Assembly (NCBI RefSeq): GCF_006345805.1
Contig: NW_021825856.1
Span: forward strand, 1 to 14,434
Origin: Octopus sinensis
Taxonomy: Eukaryota
Length of the DNA stretch: 14,434 nucleotides
Reading direction: 5' to 3'
Positions 8,217 through 14,434 of this stretch are shown here, in pieces (the stretch's first letter is position 1; the number at the start of each line of letters is the position of its first letter). The position numbers and the translations under genes are program-made. Under the pieces are notes generated by a model. It did no database searches, was not told where the DNA came from, and was given only the letters and a program-made list of their open reading frames with translations.

Positions 8217-8618
8217 GTTGGATGTATGGTAAGGAGATTTTTGCACAACTATATGTTTTCAGGGTCAGTTCCACTGCGTGACACCTTGGGTACAGGCGAC
8301 TCCTAGGCCTGGACACGTCGAAAGAAGTCCATCGTATATATATATATATGTATATACACACGTGTGTGTGTGTGTGTGTGTGTATCTGTATGTGTTTGTG
8401 TCTGTTAACTCTCCGGCTTGACAACTGGTGCCGGGAAGCTTACGTTTCCCCTAAATTAACGATTCGAAATTGCAAGTCAATAGAAAATGTACCAGGTTTT
8501 AAAAAATGTACTGGGGTCGATTTGTTCGACAAAAATCCTTTAGGCTTGCAACCTAATATGGCTGTAGCCGAAAGACTGAAAAAAGTATAAGATAAAAAAG
8601 ATAAAAAAGATAAAATAA
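8217..8618 (+). mobile_element. SINE family A, old copy with internal deletion
   Basis: TGTATGGTAAG, GGGTCAGTTCCACTGCGTGACACCTTGGG, GAAAGAAGTCCATCG-(TA)(TG)n, GCTTGACAAC, GGGGTCGATTTGTTCGAC and a (AAAAAGAT)n tail. Confidence 0.8.
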
Positions 8619-8760
8619 TCTTTTAAGTGCCATATATATCTTGAGAAAGCTGTGTGGTTTCTTTCATCTGTATGACGAAAGTGGTAAGTTTGATTGAAGT
8701 AATATCTTACGAAGTCCCCCATTCACACTTCTATTTAAGAACTACGATCTGTGTTTTCTG
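8619..8760 (-). pseudogene. PLE GIY-YIG endonuclease remnant (proximal part)
   Basis: In one frame *IEV*MGDFVRYYFNQTYHFRHTDERNHTAFSRYIWHLKD, matching YIG...F..RY.NH..SFRH....N.T.LSKYIW.LK. Codons TAA-ATA-GAA differ from Y-I-G codons by two single-base changes in total. Confidence 0.75.
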
Positions 8761-9002
8761 GAGATATAAAAGACATCTACAAGGGCATCCTAAGAGGAAA
8801 AATGTAAAGAATTATATCATAATACAAAGCTTTGAACTACATTTGTTCCTTGTCGTGTCATTATTGCTCGACCCGCCTGACCAAGTCGATTTTCAAAAAA
8901 AAATTTAATTTTCGAAATTAGTATATATGAATAATATTTCGTCATATGACCAGTGAAAAGTTTCATTCACTGATGCCCTAAGCATGACCAGCAGCTCTTG
9001 TA

Positions 9003-9073
9003 GATTCATTGGTCTGGTGTGTTGGTGACTGATGAGACACAACGATGTCAAAACATTCTTGGACTAATGAATC
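9003..9073 (+). ncRNA. Decayed hammerhead ribozyme-like motif
   Basis: CUGAUGA (9029-9035), GACA-caacga-UGUC helix II, AAAACAUU in place of GAAACGUU, enclosed by a 15-bp helix (9003-9017 with 9059-9073, four G-U pairs). Confidence 0.5.
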
Positions 9074-9317
9074 GAGTATTGTGAATACATAGTCGTCGTA
9101 AAGAAGTTCTTTTCCTGTGACGACATGTAACAGCAATTAGCATATTCATATTCGTATCTGTGGGATAGAGAAAATTTGCAAGCCATCGTACCCATCAATT
9201 TTAGAGTAGAAACGTACGTAAATAACTTCTAAAAATGTATATACATACACACACGCACACACATAAACAATCACCTACACCCAAACACACACACATGTAT
9301 AATTATGTACATATAGG

Positions 9318-9526
9318 ATCCATCCATCCATCCATCCATCCATCCATCCATTCTTCCATCCATCCATCCATCCATTCTTCCATCCATCCATCCATCCATC
9401 CATCCATCCATCCATCCTTCAATCTATCCATCCATCCATCCATCCATCCATCCATCCATCCATCCTTCAATCCATCCATCCATCCTTCCATCCATCCGTC
9501 TGTCAGTCTGTCTGTCTCTCCTTCTT

Positions 9527-9578
<52 letters not shown>
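9318..9578. repeat. (ATCC)n followed by (CTAT)n tetranucleotide microsatellites
   Basis: Visible runs; source of the PSIH and MDGW ORFs. Confidence 0.95.
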
Positions 9579-9698
9579 CATCTATATCCTTACACACATA
9601 TATATATCTATATATGCTCTCTTCCTCTCCCTGTCCCCTCTCTCCCCCTCTGTGCGTATATATATATATACATGCATACACACACACATACACACACA

Positions 9699-9754
<56 letters not shown>

Positions 9755-10194
9755 TTCCTGATTTCTATGATATAAAGACGAAAGCCGTATAATTATAGTA
9801 ATTTTTTTTTAAAGTGATATATTCAGCAACTGTTAGAAAGAATATTAAGACAAATATGAACTTTAAGAAAAATCAACTAATTATGATAACAACAAAAACA
9901 AGACAGAGAGTGATAGTAATTACATTAATGAGAGCAATAATAATAAACACAAAATTAAAAACAAACAAAAAAGACTGATGACTGTGAAACAAAATAACAA
10001 CAATAACAGCCATGACAACAACATGTAGAGCAATAATGATAATAACAAGAATGAAAATAATAAGAATGAAATTTTAAGAATGAAAATAATAGCAAAAGGA
10101 AAACCGAAATAATTATAATCATTTAAAATTCTAATGAACTGTTTATTAATTATTTTAACAATATATCACACCTAATTATGGTTTCCTCTACCTA

Positions 10195-10400
10195 CATCTC
10201 TTTCTCTCTCTCTCTTTGTCTCTCTTTCTCTGTCTTTCCTAGCACTCTGTCTCACTCACACTCACACACTTACAGATATACATAAATACATACACATGTC
10301 GATATATATGCACATATATATATACATACATATAGATAGATAGATATACATATAGATATATATGCGCATATATATGTATATCTATATATCTATATGTATG

Positions 10401-10455
<55 letters not shown>

Positions 10456-10510
10456 TAGGCACACAATAAACAAACACACATAAATACACACACACAAACA
10501 CACACAGACT
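10195..10510. repeat. (CT)n/(CA)n/(TA)n compound microsatellite
   Basis: Visible runs. Confidence 0.9.
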
Positions 10511-10615
10511 TACGCTAATTTACTCACACCCATACATACACTTACAAAGGTAATTATGCGTGATATTTCGTGTAATCAATAGCTTTATTTCTCTATAAAT
10601 TTGCAGAAATATATA

Positions 10616-10643
10616 CCACAACCACCACCACCACCATCACCAA

Positions 10644-10695
<52 letters not shown>

Positions 10696-10827
10696 GCTGC
10701 TGCTGCTACTGCTACTACTACTTGTACTACTATCGATAATAATTATAATAATAGTGATAATATTATTAGCAACAACAACAACAATAATAATAATAATAAT
10801 AATAATAATAGTAATAATAATAATAAC

Positions 10828-10886
<59 letters not shown>

Positions 10887-10892
10887 TAATAA
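10616..10892. repeat. Compound trinucleotide tract (CCA)n-(CTA)n-(CTG)n-(AAC)n-(AAT)n
   Basis: Visible runs. Confidence 0.95.
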
Positions 10893-11621
10893 GTATAGAT
10901 TTCATTATTGTTTTAAATTGCAATTAAAATTTAAGTGAAATTGGAATGAATAATAATGAAATAGCAAACAGCTAAACAAAACCAAAAAAGGAGAAAAGAA
11001 ATACAATAAAACAGTAAAATGTTAGAAAATACAATAAAATATTCGAAATACATGTGATGTTATTCAACTTCCCCATCTCCATCGCGAATTTTGTATATAA
11101 AAAAAAGTGGGGTGGATCCAAATTCATTGTTTTAAATTGATATTCGCGTTAATTTTCTAAATATTTATGGTGTAGCGTATGAGAAGCGGGCGATGGCGAG
11201 AGGATGATGGTGAGAAATGCAACGAAGTTTGTAAGGCGATGAGAGCAAAATGATGGAACCCGAGGTGGTGTTAGCAGATGCCGAAAATATTGGATAACGG
11301 TGACTGACAGTGGTTGGTTGGTTGGTTGGGCTATAGTTCTCTCTGAGCTGATAAGTGTGAAATGAGAGTGCGGTTGAATTTAGGGGTCGGAGATGATTTG
11401 TAATCAACCTACAGCGATTCCTCTAGTTTTACTACACGCTACGTCACACCTATTCATGACGTTTCCCCATCTTCTTGTTTTGACCGGTATGTTATTTCTA
11501 ATAACAAGTATGTACGCACAGAAATCATACAAGCGTACATGCATATACATACACATATACATACGTATATACATACAAATGCATATATATATATATATAT
11601 ATGTATACATATGTCTGTGTA

Positions 11622-12023
11622 GGGGTACTAGGTATGTGAGTAGACCGTTATTACCTTACAAGGATGTTTGCAAAAGGGACATGAAGGCCTGCAACATCAA
11701 TATTAACGGTTGGGAGGCAGTTGCCGGCAACCGTGGAGATTGGCAACGTACCGTATAAGAGGGAATACAAAGGAGTGACAGAGAGAGAGAGAGGAGAAAT
11801 GGAAAGACAAGAAAAGACGTCAACAAGAAACTATGGCATTACAACCGGCCAGGAACAGTCTTCGCTACATTTGCAGTACCTGCCAGAGGGAATGCTTGTC
11901 CAGGATAGGACTACACAGCCACAGCAGGAAATGTATCAGGACATGAAATGTAAAAGCCGGACTAGACTACTTTATGCGCAACTCCATTGTCTCCCGAGAC
12001 AAAAAGGATGCCAACAACAACAA
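11622..12023 (+). mobile_element. 5'-truncated RTE-clade LINE (ORF C-terminus, 3' UTR, (AAC)n tail)
   Basis: GTRYVSRPLLPYKDVCKRDMKACNININGWEAVAGNRGDWQRTV*, a frameshift in an (AG)n run, then YICSTCQRECLSRIGLHSHSRKC (C2HC zinc finger; stop 11944-11946). 3' hairpin TTGTCTC-CC-GAGACAA (11987-12002) and CAACAACAACAA tail. Confidence 0.92.
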
Positions 12024-12027
12024 TATA

Positions 12028-12057
<30 letters not shown>

Positions 12058-12058
<1 letters not shown>

Positions 12059-12215
12059 ATCCAAACATGAAAACACAAAGAAAAACACAACGCGAGGACG
12101 TGGAACAAGTATAGTATTATTGGCGCTCTCAGGAAAGAAGGAGAAGGAGGGTTTAACGTTTCGAGCGGAGCTCTTCGTCAGAAACCTAGAAAAGGAAAGA
12201 TCCAAAGAAGGAAAA
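12058..12215 (-). mobile_element. PLE terminal-repeat-like fragment with intact hammerhead
   Basis: Minus strand: pyrimidine run, hammerhead, TGAGAGCGCCAATAATAC and T-rich tail running into (TA)n. Confidence 0.65.
12150..12186 (-). ncRNA. Minimal type I hammerhead ribozyme, canonical core
   Basis: GGUUU-CUGACGA-A-GAGC-ucc-GCUC-GAAAC-GUU-AAACC: perfect helix I GGUUU/AAACC, helix II GAGC/GCUC, all conserved core bases present. Predicted cleavage after GUU, between 12155 and 12154. Confidence 0.82.
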
Positions 12216-12962
12216 TATGTACTATATAATAATAATTTATATAATTATATAATATAATACATATACACACATGAATTGATTGATTGATTGATGGACTGAG
12301 TGGTTGATTTGGTTTATTGGTGAAATTTCCGTTTCATAAACAGTAAAATTAGTCAATATATAACATAGAGTGTATATTTAATTAAAAAGTGAGATTTCGG
12401 GAATCAGAACAACGTAGCACTCAGTTTCACAGTAGCAATTATGAAGAATAATGAAATGTAGAAGTAGCATGACAATATATAGGAAAAAATATTCATCCAT
12501 CGAAATACGAATTGTCAAAATTACATAGCATAGCTACTTGTATAGTTGGCCACCAACCAAAACAGAAAGAGTTTAGAAAAATGTAACTTACTATTTAATT
12601 CGCAATGCACTTAGTATTTTTAATCTGTTGACGGGACGAAAGACATCATATAGTTATGTTTTCGGTATCATATGTGTAAAACACACGTACGTACAAAAGG
12701 CCGCATTGTTAATTATTTTTAATGTTACATATTGTTCCACAGCACCCATAAATCAACAATTCAATTGTCTGATGATATATGAATATGGAATATAGTGCTA
12801 CTATTCAAGAAGATCTAATGAGAGAGAGAGAAAGAGGTGTATATATATAGAGAAAGAGAGAGATAGAGAGAGAGAGAGAAAGTGAGAGAAATACTGACAG
12901 ATACACACACACACAAACACATAAACATGAACTAATTATATTATAGTAATCACCGATAATTA

Positions 12963-13322
12963 ACTGACACTTCGTCGGTTATGACGACGAGAATTCTAGT
13001 TGATACGATCAACGGAACAGCCTGTTTGTGAAATTAACGTGCAAATGTCAGAGCACTCATATGTGTCCCCTTAACGTGATGTGTCTCCTTAACGCAGATA
13101 TGTGTCTCCTTAACGTAGTTCTCAGGGAGATTCAGCATGACATAGAATGTCTCAAGACTGGCACTTTGAAATACAGGTGCAACTCATTTTTGCCAGCTGA
13201 ATGAATCGAAATAACGTGAAATAAAGTGTCTAGCTCAGGGACATCATGTGCCACCAGGAATCGAACTCACAAATTTATGATCGTGATCTGAATATTCTAA
13301 TCAATAGGCCACGCACCTCCAC
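12963..13322 (-). mobile_element. tRNA-derived SINE, family C, full length
   Basis: Minus strand GTGGAGGTGCGTGGCCTATTGATTAG (A box), GAGTTCGATTCC (B box), CORE-like TCCCTGAGCTAGACACTTTA, 3' hairpin TCGTC-ATAACC-GACGA. Head related to family B. Confidence 0.85.
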
Positions 13323-13699
13323 CAAACCATCGCGAATGCATAAATGGGAAGCAGCATATTGCAGTTCGACATGGTTCAGAGAATAATACTGCAATGGTTT
13401 AGTACAATTGATGACACATTTGAGAATTGTGCGCTTTTATACAAACTAAGAGGAAGTCATACGATATGAAAACATTAAAAGAAAAGAAACGTAGAAGAAA
13501 ATCGTGATGCCGTTACAACACAAACACACACACACATATATACATAATACGTATACAGAGCACATACATCTATTTACACATATTCATAAATACATGCACA
13601 CATTCACATACACAAATAGCTATAAATATATACACATACGGGAGGATACCTCTTTCAATTAATCTGCCATATTTAACCATGATGTTATGCACTCCTACA

Positions 13700-13746
13700 A
13701 TATATATATATATATCGGCAAATGCCTATCTCTCTCTTTCTGTATG

Positions 13747-13802
<56 letters not shown>

Positions 13803-14378
13803 TATATATATTATATATATATATATAATATATATAAATATATTATATATTATATGTATGTATGTATATATATGTATATGTATGTATGTATATATATTGT
13901 ATATATATATATATATTTATATGTATGTATGTATGTATGTATATGTATGTATATATATATATATATCGGCAAATCTCTATCTCTCTCTTTTTGTATGTGT
14001 ACACACACACGCGCACACACACACAATCACACCCACACACAGACACGCACAAACACACAAATATTACATATGCCTCTGTGCACATCTATACCTATATATA
14101 TATATACACCTTGCGTAGATGCATGCATATATATATATATACATACATCTATACCCATGCACATCTACGTACATACAAACATACATACATACATACGTAC
14201 ATACATACATACATACATACATACATACATACATACATACCTATATAAATAAGTACGTACGTACATACATACATACATAATACATACATACATACATATA
14301 TACATACATACATACATACATACATACATACATACATACATACATACATACATACATACATACATACATACATACATA
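13700..14378. repeat. (TA)n/(TATG)n/(CA)n/(TACA)n microsatellite block
   Basis: Visible runs, including a long (TACA)n at ~14170-14378. Confidence 0.95.
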
Positions 14379-14434
14379 GACACGTATATCAAATTCAAGT
14401 ACAGGACAGCGGTACACGTAGAAAATGTTGCTAT

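Noticed and set aside
9235-9792. 185-aa PSIH-repeat protein
   Set aside because: Translation of (ATCC)n, (CTAT)n and (TA)n microsatellites.
9975-9990. CTGATGA-CTGT-GAAAC
   Set aside because: Both boxes are present, but there is no helix II, helix III or helix I. Likely a chance match in A-rich sequence.
11165-11500. Possible host exon in non-repetitive, purine-rich sequence
   Set aside because: No recognisable protein motif or convincing splice-site pair. A small exon cannot be excluded without RNA-seq.
13061-13115. CRISPR-like array
   Set aside because: Only three 16-mers with 2-5 nt spacers, in a eukaryotic SINE context with no cas genes.

Overview
AT-rich, repeat-saturated animal non-coding DNA (intergenic or intronic). 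The SINE, LINE and mariner families resemble those I recognise from octopus genomes; this is an inference, not a database result. No intact protein-coding gene is supported: listed ORFs are microsatellite translations, decayed transposon fragments, or have no recognisable protein similarity. Contents: four tRNA-derived SINE families (10 copies or fragments, one with a perfect 12-bp TSD), a Tc1/mariner MITE with a nested non-autonomous Helitron, a fold-back mariner remnant, 3' ends of an RTE and a CR1/L2-group LINE, and a decayed Penelope-like (PLE) GIY-YIG segment split by a SINE. The most notable signal is four minimal hammerhead-ribozyme motifs in different repeat contexts (3022-3067, 5665-5706, 9003-9073, 12150-12186). 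One has a fully canonical core. Another lies inside a tRNA-headed element with an inverted partial second head, a candidate Pol III 'SINE-retrozyme' mobilised by PLEs. All calls were made by eye.
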